From Solirubrobacterales bacterium (GTDB lineage Bacteria > Actinomycetota > Thermoleophilia > Solirubrobacterales > 70-9): a DNA stretch of 64,000 nucleotides. Of the stretch, positions 50,489 to 62,945 are shown in pieces (the first letter of the stretch is position 1; every line of letters begins with the position of its first letter). Location of the stretch: positions 339 to 64,338 of the forward strand of contig JBBQBH010000010.1 of assembly GCA_038317345.1 (NCBI GenBank). Direction: 5' to 3'. Both the position numbers and the translations under genes were made by a program. The notes beneath the pieces were generated by a model. The model saw nothing but the letters and a program-made list of their open reading frames with translations, searched no databases and was not told where the DNA came from.

Positions 50489-53047
50489 TTATTCCTCAGC
50501 GGCTTCCGGGCCGGCGCCATCGGTCGCGGCCTCGGCGCCGTCCGTCGCGGCTCCCACGAGCGCCACCGTCGACTCTTCAGCCTCTCCCTCCGCTGACCCA
50601 TCGCCCGACTCGACCACCAGCGCCACGGCGCTCACCCGGTCGTCGTCCTTCATGTTCATCACCCTCACACCCTGCGTCGGCCGGCCCATCTGCGAGATGC
50701 CGCTCACCGACGTGCGCTGGACCATCCCGTTCTGGGAGATGAAGAGCAGCTCCTGGTGCTCGCGCACGATCAACGCTCCCGCCAAGCCGCCCTTCTTGGT
50801 CGTCAGCTTCGCCGTCAAAACGCCCTTCGTACCGCGGCCCTTGACCGGATACTCGGAGACCAGCGTTCGCTTGCCGTAGCCGTTCTCGGTGACCACGAAA
50901 AGCTCGGTGTCATCGCGGGCGACGTCCATCGCCAGCACCCGGTTGGCCTTGTCGGCGACGTTCATGCCCTTGACGCCACCGGTGTCGCGAGCCATCGGAC
51001 GCACCCGCTTCTCGCTGAAGCGCGAGGCGTGCCCGGACTTCGAGACCAGCAGCAGGTCGTCATTGCCGCTGGTCAGGCGCACCTGGACAAGCTCGTCGCC
51101 CTTGCGGATCTTGATCGCGATGATTCCGTCGGCGCGGATCGGCGTGTTGTAAGCCGTGAACTCGGTCTTCTTGACCTGTCCCTTGGCGGTCGCGCAGACG
51201 AGGTACTTCTCCTCCTTGAAGTCGCGGGTAGGGACCACCGCCATCACCCGCTCGCCCTCGGCGAGCGGCAGGACGTTGACCAGGGCGCTGCCCTTCGAGG
51301 TTCGCGACCCCTCCGGCAGCTCGTAGACCTTGCTGCGGTAGACCTTGCCGAGGTTGGTGAAGAAGAGCATGAAGTCGTGGGTCGAGCAGATATGCAGGTG
51401 CTCGATGTAGTCGCCCTCCTTCATGTTCATCCCCATCACCCCGCGCCCGCCACGATGTTGCTGGCGGTAGGTGGCGAGCGGCAGCCGCTTCACGTAACCC
51501 GAGGCGGTCAGCGAGACGACCATCTGCTGGTCGGCGATCATGTCCTCGATCCCCATGTCGCCCTCGAAGTGGGTTATCTCGGTGCGGCGCTCGTCCCCGT
51601 AGGAATCGACTACCTCGGCCAACTCGTCCTTGACCAGGCCCATCACCTTGGTCTCGTCGGCAAGGATCGCCCGCAGCTCGCCGATCCGCTCCATCAGGTC
51701 GGCGTGCTCGCTGCGGACCTTGTCGGCCTCCAACGCCGTGAGGCGCTGGAGGCGCATGTCGAGGATCGCCTGCGCCTGCTCGCGCGAGAGCTCGAACTTG
51801 TCGATCAACCCGTCGCGGGCGTTATCCGGGTCCTGGGAGGCGCGGATCAGCTTGATCACCGCGTCGAGGTTGTCGAGCGCGACCAGCAGCCCCTCGAGAA
51901 TGTGGGCGCGGGCCTCGGCTCGGCGCAGCTGGTACTGGGTGCGCCGGGTGACGACCTCGCGCTGGTGCTCGACGTAGTACTGGACCAGCTCCCGCAGGCC
52001 AAGTGTCCGTGGGACCTGGTCGACGAGCGCCACCATGTTGACGCCGAACGACGTCTGCATGCCGGTCTTCTTGTAGAGGTTGTTGAGAACGACCTTGGCC
52101 GGCGGGCCGCCGCGCTTCAGCTCGATCACCAGGCGCATGCCGCTGCGGTCCGATTCGTCGCGCAGGTCGGAGATCCCGTCGAGCTTCTTCTCGCGCACCA
52201 GGTCGGCGATCTTGGTGATCAGGCCGTTGTCGCCGCCCTTCTTGACCATGAACGGCAGCTCGGTGACGATGATCGCCTCCTTGCCGCCCTTCAGCGGCTC
52301 GACGTGGGCGCGCGCGCGGACCCGCAGGCTGCCGCGGCCCGACGCGTAAGCGTCACGAATCCCCTCCGCGCTCATCACCCCGCCGCCCGGGAAGTCGGGG
52401 CCCTTGACGTGCTCCATCAGCCCCGCCAGGTCGATCTCGGGGTCCTCGATGTAGGCGATCGTGGCGGCGATTGCCTCGCGCAGGTTGTGGGGTGGGATGT
52501 TGGTCGCCATCCCGACCGCGATCCCGGTTGCGCCGTTGACGAGCAGGTTCGGGAACCGGGCTGGGAGGACCAGCGGCTCGCGCTGCGACTCGTCGTAGTT
52601 GGGGCCGAAGTCGACCGTGTCGGCGTCGATGTCGCGCAACATCTCGGTGGCCAGCCGGTCGAGGCGCGCCTCGGTGTAGCGCATCGCGGCTGCCGGGTCG
52701 TCGTCGATCGAGCCGAAGTTGCCCTGACCGTCGACCAGTGGGTAGCGCAGCGAGAACTCCTGCGCCATCCGAACCAAGGTGTCGTAGATCGCCGAGTCGC
52801 CGTGCGGGTGGTAGGTACCCATCACCTCGCCGACGACGAAGGCGGACTTGCGGTAGGGCCGGGTCGGCTGCAGCCCAAGGTCGTGCATCGCGTAGAGCAC
52901 ACGGCGGTGGACGGGCTTCAAACCGTCGCGAACGTCGGGGAGCGCCCGGCCGACGATCACGCTCATCGCGTAATCGATGTAGGAAGAGCGCATCTCCTTT
53001 TCGAGCTCGCGCTCCTCTATTCGCCCGGTGAGGGCCTCCAGCGCCAT
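50489..53047 (-). CDS. gyrA: DNA gyrase subunit A
   Basis: 852-aa ORF with [28 protein letters not shown], the catalytic AAMRYTE and C-terminal beta-pinwheel repeats. Confidence 0.95.
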   Translation of the reverse strand: MALEALTGRIEERELEKEMRSSYIDYAMSVIVGRALPDVRDGLKPVHRRVLYAMHDLGLQPTRPYRKSAFVVGEVMGTYHPHGDSAIYDTLVRMAQEFSLRYPLVDGQGNFGSIDDDPAAAMRYTEARLDRLATEMLRDIDADTVDFGPNYDESQREPLVLPARFPNLLVNGATGIAVGMATNIPPHNLREAIAATIAYIEDPEIDLAGLMEHVKGPDFPGGGVMSAEGIRDAYASGRGSLRVRARAHVEPLKGGKEAIIVTELPFMVKKGGDNGLITKIADLVREKKLDGISDLRDESDRSGMRLVIELKRGGPPAKVVLNNLYKKTGMQTSFGVNMVALVDQVPRTLGLRELVQYYVEHQREVVTRRTQYQLRRAEARAHILEGLLVALDNLDAVIKLIRASQDPDNARDGLIDKFELSREQAQAILDMRLQRLTALEADKVRSEHADLMERIGELRAILADETKVMGLVKDELAEVVDSYGDERRTEITHFEGDMGIEDMIADQQMVVSLTASGYVKRLPLATYRQQHRGGRGVMGMNMKEGDYIEHLHICSTHDFMLFFTNLGKVYRSKVYELPEGSRTSKGSALVNVLPLAEGERVMAVVPTRDFKEEKYLVCATAKGQVKKTEFTAYNTPIRADGIIAIKIRKGDELVQVRLTSGNDDLLLVSKSGHASRFSEKRVRPMARDTGGVKGMNVADKANRVLAMDVARDDTELFVVTENGYGKRTLVSEYPVKGRGTKGVLTAKLTTKKGGLAGALIVREHQELLFISQNGMVQRTSVSGISQMGRPTQGVRVMNMKDDDRVSAVALVVESGDGSAEGEAEESTVALVGAATDGAEAATDGAGPEAAEE

Positions 53048-53131
53048 CAGATCTCCGTCTCTAGTCGCTCGTCTCTAGTCACTCGGGGCTTAGGCCCGAA
53101 CCTCGAGCGACTAGCGACTAACGACGAGTTT

Positions 53132-55645
<2,514 letters not shown>

Positions 55646-55828
55646 TCAAATCGGCCTCAACACCGGCGTCGGGGCAAACGATCAAGTTGACATAAAGGAT
55701 ACCAGTTTCGATCCCCGGAAAGACCCGTAAAGCGTCACGAAAACCCTGCAAATCACGCACTAAATCGAGCGGGCGCGTCGAACCTTTGGAGCGGGCCTCG
55801 AAATTCCCTTCATCCACCCCTAGGCTGG

Positions 55829-56119
55829 CTAGCCAGCCAGCAGCTTTAGGGCCTTCGGGGCGCGCTCCCCGAGCCGCTCGCCAAGACGCTTCAGCAGCTC
55901 GCCCTCCATCAGGCTCAGCTCTTGCGCCCAGGTAGCGCTCTGGCAGCGGACCGTCAGCACCCCGTCGTGCTCTGCAACCGGTTCGGCGGCGGCGGCGATC
56001 GCCTCTCCCACCGCATCGCTCCAGACCGTTTGCGCCGCCGCGAGATCGGTGCGCGGAGCGCTGCGTTCGAGGGCCGCGCGCAGGGCATGCGAAGCCGGCC
56101 TCGGCATCGAGCGGCCCAT
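55829..56119 (-). CDS. DUF721 / DciA-like protein
   Basis: 96-aa ORF in the recF-to-gyrB position. The block VWSDAVGEAIAAAAEPVAEHDGVLTVRCQSATWAQELSLMEGELLKRL is typical of DUF721. The start ATG overlaps the recF stop (TGATG). Confidence 0.8.
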   Translation of the reverse strand: MGRSMPRPASHALRAALERSAPRTDLAAAQTVWSDAVGEAIAAAAEPVAEHDGVLTVRCQSATWAQELSLMEGELLKRLGERLGERAPKALKLLAG

Positions 56120-57210
56120 CAGGCGACCGCCTTCAGGGTCGCCGCAGAGCCCGACGGCATTCGCACCAGCCGCTCTGCGGCAGGGGAGGGAAGGGCATCC
56201 TCGTCGGCGGCGCTGACCAGGCTCTGCCCGCCATTCGCGAGACGCGAGGCCAGCAACTCGCGGTGGGCGGGATCCAGCTCGCTCATCACGTCGTCGAGCA
56301 GCATCAGTGGAGCTGGGGAGCCGGCGGCAATCAGGGTCTCGCGCTCGGCGAACAGCAGCGCCAGCAACCCGGCGCGCTGCTCTCCCTGCGATCCGTATCG
56401 GCGCATCGATCGCCCGTCGATCGTCAGCTCGAGCTCGTCGAGGTGCGGGCCCAGGGACGTCCTCGCCCGCCGTAGGTCGGAGGCGCGGCACTCGGCCAGA
56501 GCCTCCCGCAGAGCCTCGGGATCGGCCTCGCTGCGAGGGGCATAGCGCAACTCGGCGGCCTCGACGCCGAGCTCGGCCGCCGCCTCGCCGAAGCGCGGGG
56601 CAAGTTCGGCCGCCGCCTCGGCACGCGCGTCGATCAGCGGCGTCGCGGCTGCCGCGAGGGCGATGTCCCATGCCTCCAGCTCCGCCTCCGGCGCGAGGCC
56701 GGCGCTGACCCTGCGCAGCAAGGCGTTGCGCTGCGCGAGCGTCTGCCCGTAGTCCTGCCGCAGGCCCGAGCGCGAGGGCCAGCGGGCAGTTATGAAGAGG
56801 TCGATATGAGCCCGGCGCTCCGCCGGCGGACCCTTGACGAGGACGAGGCGGTCGGGGCTGAAGACGACCAGGTGTGGACGGTGCCGGGCGATCGTCTCCG
56901 GAGGCGCCGGCTCCCCGTCGAGCAGGTGGCGGCGGCCCTCGGTGCGCGAGACCGATGCCAGCAACGAGTGCGAAGTCCCCTCGTCCTGGGCAACCAGCTC
57001 GGCGCGGGCGACCGACTCCCCGAAGCGGATCAGCTCCCTGCGATCGCGAGTCCGAAACGAGCGGCCGCTGAGGCCGAAGTAGATCGCCTCCAGCAGGTTC
57101 GTCTTGCCGGTTCCGTTGTCACCGACGACAGATGTGATTCCGGGCCCGATCTCGATTTGCAATCGATCGAGGCTGCGAAGGTCGCGAACGTCGAGGCTGA
57201 CCACCCGCAT
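56119..57210 (-). CDS. recF: DNA replication and repair protein RecF
   Basis: Walker A GDNGTGKTNLLEAI, signature SQGEQR and Walker B LLLDDV. Confidence 0.93.
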   Translation of the reverse strand: MRVVSLDVRDLRSLDRLQIEIGPGITSVVGDNGTGKTNLLEAIYFGLSGRSFRTRDRRELIRFGESVARAELVAQDEGTSHSLLASVSRTEGRRHLLDGEPAPPETIARHRPHLVVFSPDRLVLVKGPPAERRAHIDLFITARWPSRSGLRQDYGQTLAQRNALLRRVSAGLAPEAELEAWDIALAAAATPLIDARAEAAAELAPRFGEAAAELGVEAAELRYAPRSEADPEALREALAECRASDLRRARTSLGPHLDELELTIDGRSMRRYGSQGEQRAGLLALLFAERETLIAAGSPAPLMLLDDVMSELDPAHRELLASRLANGGQSLVSAADEDALPSPAAERLVRMPSGSAATLKAVA

Positions 57211-57226
57211 CCCGCAACCGTCCCCG

Positions 57227-58333
57227 CTAAACGTTGAGGCGGATCGGCATCACCAGATAGCGGAAGTCCTCGCCCTCCCCGGGTTGCAGCAGGCCCGGAC
57301 GCAGCGGCGAGATCAGCCGCAACAGCAGCTCGTCGCCCTCGATGCTCTCGATTCCGTCCTTGAGGAACTCCGGGTTGAAGCCGATCTCCAGCGGCTCGCC
57401 ATCGAAGGCGGCTGGCATGGTCTCGGTCGCGTCGCCCACCTCCGGCGTCTCCGCTGCCACCGTCAGCTCGCCGGGATTGAACGAGAGCCGCAGCGGCGCG
57501 TTGCGTTGGGCGAGCTGGCTGACGCGCCGAGTCACCTCCAGGAACTCCTCGCGAGGCAGGCGCACGTCGTGGTCATAGGACCCGGGCAGCAGTTGCGTGT
57601 GGTTGGGGAACTGGCCCTCGATCAGTCGCGTCGTCAAGACGACCCTGCCGGCAACGAAGACTGCCTGATTGGGCAGCAGCGAGATCTCCACCGCCTCGGC
57701 TTCCTCGCCGACCAAGATCCGCGCCAGCTCTCGAAGCGCCCGGGCCGGCACGTTCGCCTCCAGCTCCCCGCCCACCTCTGTCTCCAATTCGGTGCGCTTG
57801 ACGCTGAGCCGATAGGAGTCGGTCGCGACCATCGTCATCTCACGGCCCGAGGCGCTTACCAGCACGCCGGTGAGGACCGGCCGCATGTCGTCCCGCGAAG
57901 CAGCGCGCGCAACGAGCTCGACCGTGGCGGCGAATGCCGCCGCCGGGATCCGCAGCGGGTCGGCGCTCGGAGCCGGGAACTGCGGGAAATCCTCGGCGGG
58001 CAGGGTCCGTAGGTGAAAGACCGCGCTGCCCGAGCGCAGCTCGACGTCGCGCTCCGCCTCGCGCGTCTCGATCGTGACCTCATCCACCCCCAGCGACCTG
58101 GCCACCTCGACCAGCTGCCGACCCGGCAGCAGCACGGATCCATCGACGTCGACATCACCTTCAAGGTCGGTCTGCATGCTCATCTCGAGGTCGGTCGCGC
58201 GCAGCGCCAGTTTTCCTCCCTCGCTGGAGAGCAAGATGCCGCTGAGAGCTTGGGTCGTGGCGCGAGTGGAAACAGCACGGCTGACGATCCCGAGACGCTC
58301 AACGAGACCTTGCCGCTGTGTAGTGATCTTCAA
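57227..58333 (-). CDS. dnaN: DNA polymerase III beta sliding clamp
   Basis: 368-aa ORF between recF and dnaA. The N-terminus is MKITTQRQGLVERLGIVSRAVSTRATTQALSGILL and the C-terminus RYLVMPIRL. TTG start behind AAGGA. Confidence 0.93.
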   Translation of the reverse strand: MKITTQRQGLVERLGIVSRAVSTRATTQALSGILLSSEGGKLALRATDLEMSMQTDLEGDVDVDGSVLLPGRQLVEVARSLGVDEVTIETREAERDVELRSGSAVFHLRTLPAEDFPQFPAPSADPLRIPAAAFAATVELVARAASRDDMRPVLTGVLVSASGREMTMVATDSYRLSVKRTELETEVGGELEANVPARALRELARILVGEEAEAVEISLLPNQAVFVAGRVVLTTRLIEGQFPNHTQLLPGSYDHDVRLPREEFLEVTRRVSQLAQRNAPLRLSFNPGELTVAAETPEVGDATETMPAAFDGEPLEIGFNPEFLKDGIESIEGDELLLRLISPLRPGLLQPGEGEDFRYLVMPIRLNV

Positions 58334-58464
58334 AAGAGGTTGTCCTTAGTCGTATTTAGGTTTGTGTACTTAGTGGATAGGGCTGCTTTTTGGCTTTCTA
58401 CTGCCAGATTTATCCTGTGGGTTGCTGAAGCTGGAGGGTTGGATTCTTACAGCGTTGGCGGGCG
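58334..58464. other. Candidate oriC segment / DNA-unwinding region in the dnaA-dnaN spacer
   Basis: A 131-bp spacer that is markedly AT-richer than its surroundings. It holds DnaA-box-like 9-mers TTGTCCTTA (58340-58348), AGTGGATAG (58372-58380, reverse complement CTATCCACT) and TTATCCTGT (58410-58418). Confidence 0.45.
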
Positions 58465-59844
58465 TCAAGCGGCCGCGCCGAGCTGGCTGTGGATGTTGTC
58501 GCGTAGACGCTCGAGTTGTTCACACGTCTCGGCATCGCCGTCGGCGCAGCGTTTCTCGACGCGGCGAATGGCATTGAGAATCGTCGCGTGATCGCGTCCG
58601 CCGAACTCGCGCCCGATCTGAGGCAGGGAGAGGTCGGTCATCTCGCGGCAGAGATAGACAGCGAGCTGGCGCGCGCGCAACGGCGCTGCGGCTCGACTTG
58701 GGCCGACGATGGAGGAGTGCGGCAGGTCGAATGAAGCCGCGGCCGCACTCTGGATTGCCTCCACGGCGCTTGGCCTCGGCCGCGGTTCGGCGGGGATGAC
58801 TTCCTCGACCAGTTCGGAGCTGAGGGGCCGCGCGCGCAACGAGGCGTGGGCGATGACGCTGGTCAAGGCTCCGTGCAGCTGGCGGATGTTGGCGTCGATG
58901 CGGCGCGCAAGAACCGTCAGGGCGTCGGCGTCGGCGACCTCGACGTCCGCCTCGCGGACCAGGCGTCGTAGAACGATCAGTCGGGTGGCGAGGTTGGGAG
59001 GCTCCACTGCGACCGTGAGACCCCATTCGAAACGGTCGCGTAGGCGTGCGGCGAGGGTCGACAGCTCGCTGGGAATGCGGTCCGCCGAGAGCACGAGTTG
59101 GCTCCCGGCCTCATAGAGCGCGTTGAAGGTGTGGAAGAACTCCTCTTCGGTGTGGCGTTTTCCCTCCAGGAACTGGACGTCGTCGATCAGCAGCACGTCG
59201 ATGTCGCGGTAGCGCCGCTTGAACTCCTCCGACCCGGAGGCGTGCAGCGCGGTGACGAACTCGTTGGTGAAGCCCTCGGCGGTCGAGTAGCGAACGTTCA
59301 GCTCCGGGGCGCTGTCGCGGAGGTAGTTGGCGATCGCCGCAAGTAGGTGGGTCTTGCCGAGCCCTGGGGGCCCGTGCAGGAAGAGAGGGTTGTAGGCCTC
59401 CGCGGGAGCCTCCGCGACAGCCAGCGCGGCCGCGTGGGCAAGACGATTGCTCTCGCCGATCACGAAACGGTCGAAGGTGTAGCTGGGGTTGAGGACGACC
59501 CCGCCCGCGTCGCCATCCGCGCCAGCGCCCGACTCCAGCGGAGCGAAACTGACCTCGCGAAGCCCGGCCGCCACCTGGGTCAGCGCCTGGCTGATCAGCG
59601 TCGTGTATCGACGCTCGACCCAGGCACGGATCCCATCCGGAGCTTTTACGTAGAGCGTGTCCCCCTGGGCCGCCGCCGCGCGCAGGGGCTCGAGCCAGAG
59701 CTTGAAGGTCGCGTCGGGGACCGAGACCCGCAGCCTTTCGGTCACTGCCTGCCAGATCGAGCCCAGGTCCTGTTGCGCCGCCGTGTCGCTGAAGTCGCCT
59801 TCATCGAGGGCGCTGGCGGTTGGCTGATCTGGGACTTGCGGCAC
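58465..59844 (-). CDS. dnaA: Chromosomal replication initiator DnaA
   Basis: AAA+ Walker A GPPGLGKTHLL, Walker B LLIDDVQF, and the C-terminal DNA-binding block GGRDHATILNAIRRV. The start is provisionally the GTG at 59844. The tracked ORF runs on to 60243 but overlaps rpmH on the opposite strand. Confidence 0.88.
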   Translation of the reverse strand: MPQVPDQPTASALDEGDFSDTAAQQDLGSIWQAVTERLRVSVPDATFKLWLEPLRAAAAQGDTLYVKAPDGIRAWVERRYTTLISQALTQVAAGLREVSFAPLESGAGADGDAGGVVLNPSYTFDRFVIGESNRLAHAAALAVAEAPAEAYNPLFLHGPPGLGKTHLLAAIANYLRDSAPELNVRYSTAEGFTNEFVTALHASGSEEFKRRYRDIDVLLIDDVQFLEGKRHTEEEFFHTFNALYEAGSQLVLSADRIPSELSTLAARLRDRFEWGLTVAVEPPNLATRLIVLRRLVREADVEVADADALTVLARRIDANIRQLHGALTSVIAHASLRARPLSSELVEEVIPAEPRPRPSAVEAIQSAAAASFDLPHSSIVGPSRAAAPLRARQLAVYLCREMTDLSLPQIGREFGGRDHATILNAIRRVEKRCADGDAETCEQLERLRDNIHSQLGAAA

Positions 59845-60037
59845 CTGGCGTAGACCCCTCTCATCGCGGTTCGGTGGCGGCGGTGCCGGTGCATTGGGTC
59901 GCCACCACGTGAAGCGCCGCCGACCATACGTCGCCGCTCGACCTGCTGCAAGACGCCCCGTCGCAATTCGCGCCGAAATCGTCAGGAGCGATCCGATCGA
60001 CGTTCGGACTGACCCGAAGACGGCGGAGAGCGGACCG

Positions 60038-60043
60038 TATACT
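60038..60043 (+). promoter_or_regulatory. Possible -10 hexamer for the rpmH operon
   Basis: TATACT lies 17 nt upstream of the rpmH ATG. No clear -35 was seen. Confidence 0.3.
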
Positions 60044-60060
60044 GGCGCCCAGGCCAGGCC

Positions 60061-60195
60061 ATGAAGCGGACCTACCAACCGAAGAAGCGCAAACGAGCCC
60101 GGACCCACGGTTTCCGAGCCCGGATGCGCACGCGTAGTGGACGCGCGATCTTGAAGCGCCGGCGCCGCAAGGGCCGAAAGCGCCTGGCGCCCTGA
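60061..60195 (+). CDS. rpmH: 50S ribosomal protein L34
   Basis: A 44-aa ORF below the track cutoff: [44 protein letters not shown], the canonical L34 sequence pattern. Divergent from dnaA. Confidence 0.93.
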   Translation: MKRTYQPKKRKRARTHGFRARMRTRSGRAILKRRRRKGRKRLAP

Positions 60196-60197
60196 GC

Positions 60198-60584
60198 ATG
60201 GCCTCTGGAGACGCAGGCGCGCGCAAGCGGCGCCGCCTGTCACGCAGCGGCGAGTTCGATCGTGTCTACCGCGAGGGCTCCTCGCACGCCAACCGCTTCT
60301 TGGTCGTGTACAGCTTTCCGCGCTCCGAGGAGGACGCCGACGAGCTGCGGCTCGGGGTCTCGGTGGGCCGCAAGATCGGCGGGGCGGTGGAGCGCAACCG
60401 CATCAAGCGGGCGCTGCGAGAGGCGTTCTGGAGTCTCGAGGAAGAGCTTCCGGAGGGCCACGACTTCGTGTTGGTCGCCCGTGCCGAGATCGTGCAGCTT
60501 TGGGAGCGCGAGGGAGCGCAGGGGCTCCAGGCGTCGTTGCGAGAGGCCCTGGGAGCGGCTTCGCAGAAGGACCGTTTGACGTGA
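60198..60584 (+). CDS. rnpA: Ribonuclease P protein component
   Basis: Follows rpmH by 2 nt. Contains the RNR motif region [21 protein letters not shown]. Confidence 0.88.
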   Translation: MASGDAGARKRRRLSRSGEFDRVYREGSSHANRFLVVYSFPRSEEDADELRLGVSVGRKIGGAVERNRIKRALREAFWSLEEELPEGHDFVLVARAEIVQLWEREGAQGLQASLREALGAASQKDRLT

Positions 60585-60588
60585 AACG
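60573..60588. promoter_or_regulatory. parS-like ParB binding site candidate
   Basis: CGTTTGACGTGAAACG matches the Firmicute/actinobacterial parS consensus TGTTNCACGTGAAACA at 13 of 16 positions. It lies inside a 20-bp inverted repeat ACCGTTT-GACGTG-AAACGGT at the rnpA/yidD overlap, about 3 kb from parAB. Confidence 0.35.
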
Positions 60589-60853
60589 GTTGCTGCTGGC
60601 GTTGATATCCGCCTACCGGCGCTGGATCTCCCCGGGCCTGCCGCGGCGCTGCCGCTACGAGCCGACCTGCTCCGTGTATGCGATGACCGCGATTCGGCGC
60701 TTCGGGCCACTGCGGGGGGCCCTGCTGGGCGGCTGGCGCCTGCTGCGCTGCAACCCGTTCTCGAACGGCGGCTTTGACCCGGTCCCCGAGCGGTTCACCC
60801 TGCGGGTGAAGCCGATCGACCCGGCCGACTACTACGGTGAGGCGAAGACGTGA
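60581..60853 (+). CDS. yidD: Membrane protein insertion efficiency factor YidD
   Basis: The GTG overlaps the rnpA stop. The YidD signature is [34 protein letters not shown]. Confidence 0.88.
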   Translation: MKRLLLALISAYRRWISPGLPRRCRYEPTCSVYAMTAIRRFGPLRGALLGGWRLLRCNPFSNGGFDPVPERFTLRVKPIDPADYYGEAKT

Positions 60854-61602
60854 TCCCTCCCGCAGACCTCTTCGCCCCGCTCGAGAACGTCGCCAAGTCG
60901 ATCCTCGACTTCTTCCACGACGACGTTGGATTTACCTGGGGCACCTCGATCGTTGCGCTGACGGTCGCCATCCGGACGATCCTGATCCCCCTCACCTACA
61001 AGCAGATCAAGGGGATGCGGGCGATGCAGGCCCTGCAGCCGGAGATCAAGCAGATCCAGGAGAAGTACAAGAACGATCGCCAGCGCCAGCAGCAGGAGAT
61101 GATGAAGTTCTGGCAGGAGAACAAGGTCAACCCCCTGGCCTCCTGCATGCCGCTGCTGCTTCAGCTGCCGGTCTTCTTTGCCCTCTTCCGCCTCCTGCGA
61201 GGGGGCGCGTTCAAGGCCGATGTGCTGGCCAGCGGAGACCAGAGCTGGCTGTTCATCAACTCGGTGATCGAGAAGCCCCACGGCGCGGAGCTGATCGTCC
61301 TGGTCGTCCTGTTCATGGGTTCGATGGCGCTCTCCAGCCTGGTGATGATCCAGTCATCGCCCGGTGGGGGCGGTAGCCAGCAGTACATAATGCTCGGCGC
61401 CTTCGCCCTGCTGGGCGTCTTCTTTGTGCCCGGGTTTCCGGCCGGGCTGAGCATCTACTGGATCACGACCAACTTCTGGACCGTCGGCCAGCAGTACGTG
61501 GCCTCGAGGGTGATCCCGGCGCCCGCGCTGCCGACCCCCGCGCAGGCCTCGGCCGCCAAACCGCCTCCCCCGCCGCCGCGCAAGCGCAAGAAGCGCCATT
61601 AG
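60850..61602 (+). CDS. yidC: Membrane protein insertase YidC (short form)
   Basis: Conserved blocks [67 protein letters not shown] and [16 protein letters not shown]. Confidence 0.9.
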   Translation: MIPPADLFAPLENVAKSILDFFHDDVGFTWGTSIVALTVAIRTILIPLTYKQIKGMRAMQALQPEIKQIQEKYKNDRQRQQQEMMKFWQENKVNPLASCMPLLLQLPVFFALFRLLRGGAFKADVLASGDQSWLFINSVIEKPHGAELIVLVVLFMGSMALSSLVMIQSSPGGGGSQQYIMLGAFALLGVFFVPGFPAGLSIYWITTNFWTVGQQYVASRVIPAPALPTPAQASAAKPPPPPPRKRKKRH

Positions 61603-61659
61603 CGGGCCCCTCGCGGCACGCGGCCGGGTCAGCGCTCGCGCCTCGCCTTGCGAACGACC

Positions 61660-61665
61660 TAGACT
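61660..61665 (+). promoter_or_regulatory. Possible -10 hexamer giving a leaderless jag transcript
   Basis: TAGACT (TANNNT class) ends 7 nt before the GTG at 61673, and no Shine-Dalgarno lies between them. Confidence 0.3.
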
Positions 61666-61672
61666 GCGGCCG

Positions 61673-62155
61673 GTGAGCGCGCCCGGATCGATGCCAGAGG
61701 ACCCGGCAGAGCGGGTGCGCGCCGTCCTCGAACGGGTTCTCGGCGAGCTCGAGCTCGAGGGCGACGTGGAGATCGATGAGAATGAAGGCGAGATCCTCGC
61801 CGTCGTCGAGGGGGAAGACGACTACGGCCTGCTGATCGGCAAGCGCGGCCAGACGATCGATGCCCTGCAGCTGCTCTGCTACCAGGCCGCCTTTCGCGGC
61901 ATCGCGGAGCGCAAGCGGGTGATGGTCGACGCCGCCGGCTACCGCGAGCGTCGCCGCGAGACCCTGCAGCGGCGCGCCGACCGTGGCGCCGAGCAGGCCC
62001 TCGACCTCGCCCGCCCGGTTGAGCTCGATGCGATGAGCGCACCGGAGCGGCGCGTCGTCCACGAGCGCCTCAAGGAACGCCCCGAGGTCGAGACCTACAG
62101 CGAGGGCACGGAGCCGAATCGCTGCGTGGTCGTCGCCCCGCTGGTCTCTGAGTGA
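61673..62155 (+). CDS. jag: Jag/KhpB-type RNA-binding protein (KH plus R3H domains)
   Basis: KH-like LLIGKRGQTIDALQLL and R3H block MSAPERRVVHERLKERPEVETYSEGTEPNRCVVV. It sits in the conserved position after yidC. Confidence 0.85.
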   Translation: MSAPGSMPEDPAERVRAVLERVLGELELEGDVEIDENEGEILAVVEGEDDYGLLIGKRGQTIDALQLLCYQAAFRGIAERKRVMVDAAGYRERRRETLQRRADRGAEQALDLARPVELDAMSAPERRVVHERLKERPEVETYSEGTEPNRCVVVAPLVSE

Positions 62156-62880
62156 GCTCTTCCTGCGCCGCCGCGGGACCGCCGCCGCAGCTCGAAGACC
62201 CGCACCTGCGCGAAGCGCTGGCGCCGGTCCTCGATCTGCTGCGCGCCGAGCGCGCATCGGTCAGCTCGGTCACCGACCCGGAGCGGGCCTGGCGGGTGCA
62301 CGTCGCCGACAGCCTCAGTGGCCTCACCGTCGCCGGGCTCGCGACCGCGACGCGGATCGCCGACGTCGGTTCCGGAGCTGGCTTCCCGGGTCTCGCGCTC
62401 GCCGCAGCTCTGCCCGAGGCCCGGGTGGACCTGATCGAGTCGGTGAGCCGAAAGGCGGAGTTCATCGGCCGCGCGGCGGCGGCAGGCGGGCTCGCCAACA
62501 CGCGGGTGGTCGCCGACCGCGCCGAGACCTGGGCCGCCTCGCCCCCGCCCGACGGCGGTCGCGGCGCCTATGAGGCGGTTACGGCACGGGCCGTCGGCAG
62601 GCTCTCGACCCTGGCCGAGCTGGCCTCGCCCCTGCTTCGCGAGGGAGGGGTGCTGGTCGCCTGGAAGGGTCGTCGAGACACGGGCGAGGAGAGCGAGGCC
62701 GAGCGGGCCGCGGATCGACTGGCGATGCAGCCAGTCGAGGTGCGGGCGGTGGGCCCGTTCGCGGGCAGCCGCCACCGCCACCTTCACGTCGTTCGCAAGT
62801 CCGGGCCGACCCCGGAGGAGCTACCGCGCCGGCCCGGCCTGGCCAAGAAGCGCCCCTTCGGTCGCCGCGGCGCTGGCTAG
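62152..62880 (+). CDS. rsmG: 16S rRNA (guanine527-N7)-methyltransferase RsmG/GidB
   Basis: SAM-binding motif IADVGSGAGFPGLALAAALPEARVDLIESVSRKAEFI. Overlaps the jag stop by 4 nt. Confidence 0.88.
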   Translation: MSSSCAAAGPPPQLEDPHLREALAPVLDLLRAERASVSSVTDPERAWRVHVADSLSGLTVAGLATATRIADVGSGAGFPGLALAAALPEARVDLIESVSRKAEFIGRAAAAGGLANTRVVADRAETWAASPPPDGGRGAYEAVTARAVGRLSTLAELASPLLREGGVLVAWKGRRDTGEESEAERAADRLAMQPVEVRAVGPFAGSRHRHLHVVRKSGPTPEELPRRPGLAKKRPFGRRGAG

Positions 62881-62945
62881 GCTGGGAGCGTGAGGCTGAT
62901 GACGAGAGCTCGGCGGTTGGCCGAACGTCAATTGGGTTTTTCCTG

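Noticed and set aside
59906-59913. CACGTGAA half-site considered as a second parS in the rpmH-dnaA spacer
   Set aside because: Only the central 8 bases match. The flanking GTT/AAC arms of parS are absent.
59845-60243. N-terminal 133-residue extension of the DnaA ORF (tracked start 60243)
   Set aside because: The extension overlaps rpmH and its promoter on the opposite strand and has no DnaA domain-I features. The recognisable N-terminal region (DLGSIWQAVTERL...) starts just after a GTG at 59844. The exact start remains uncertain.
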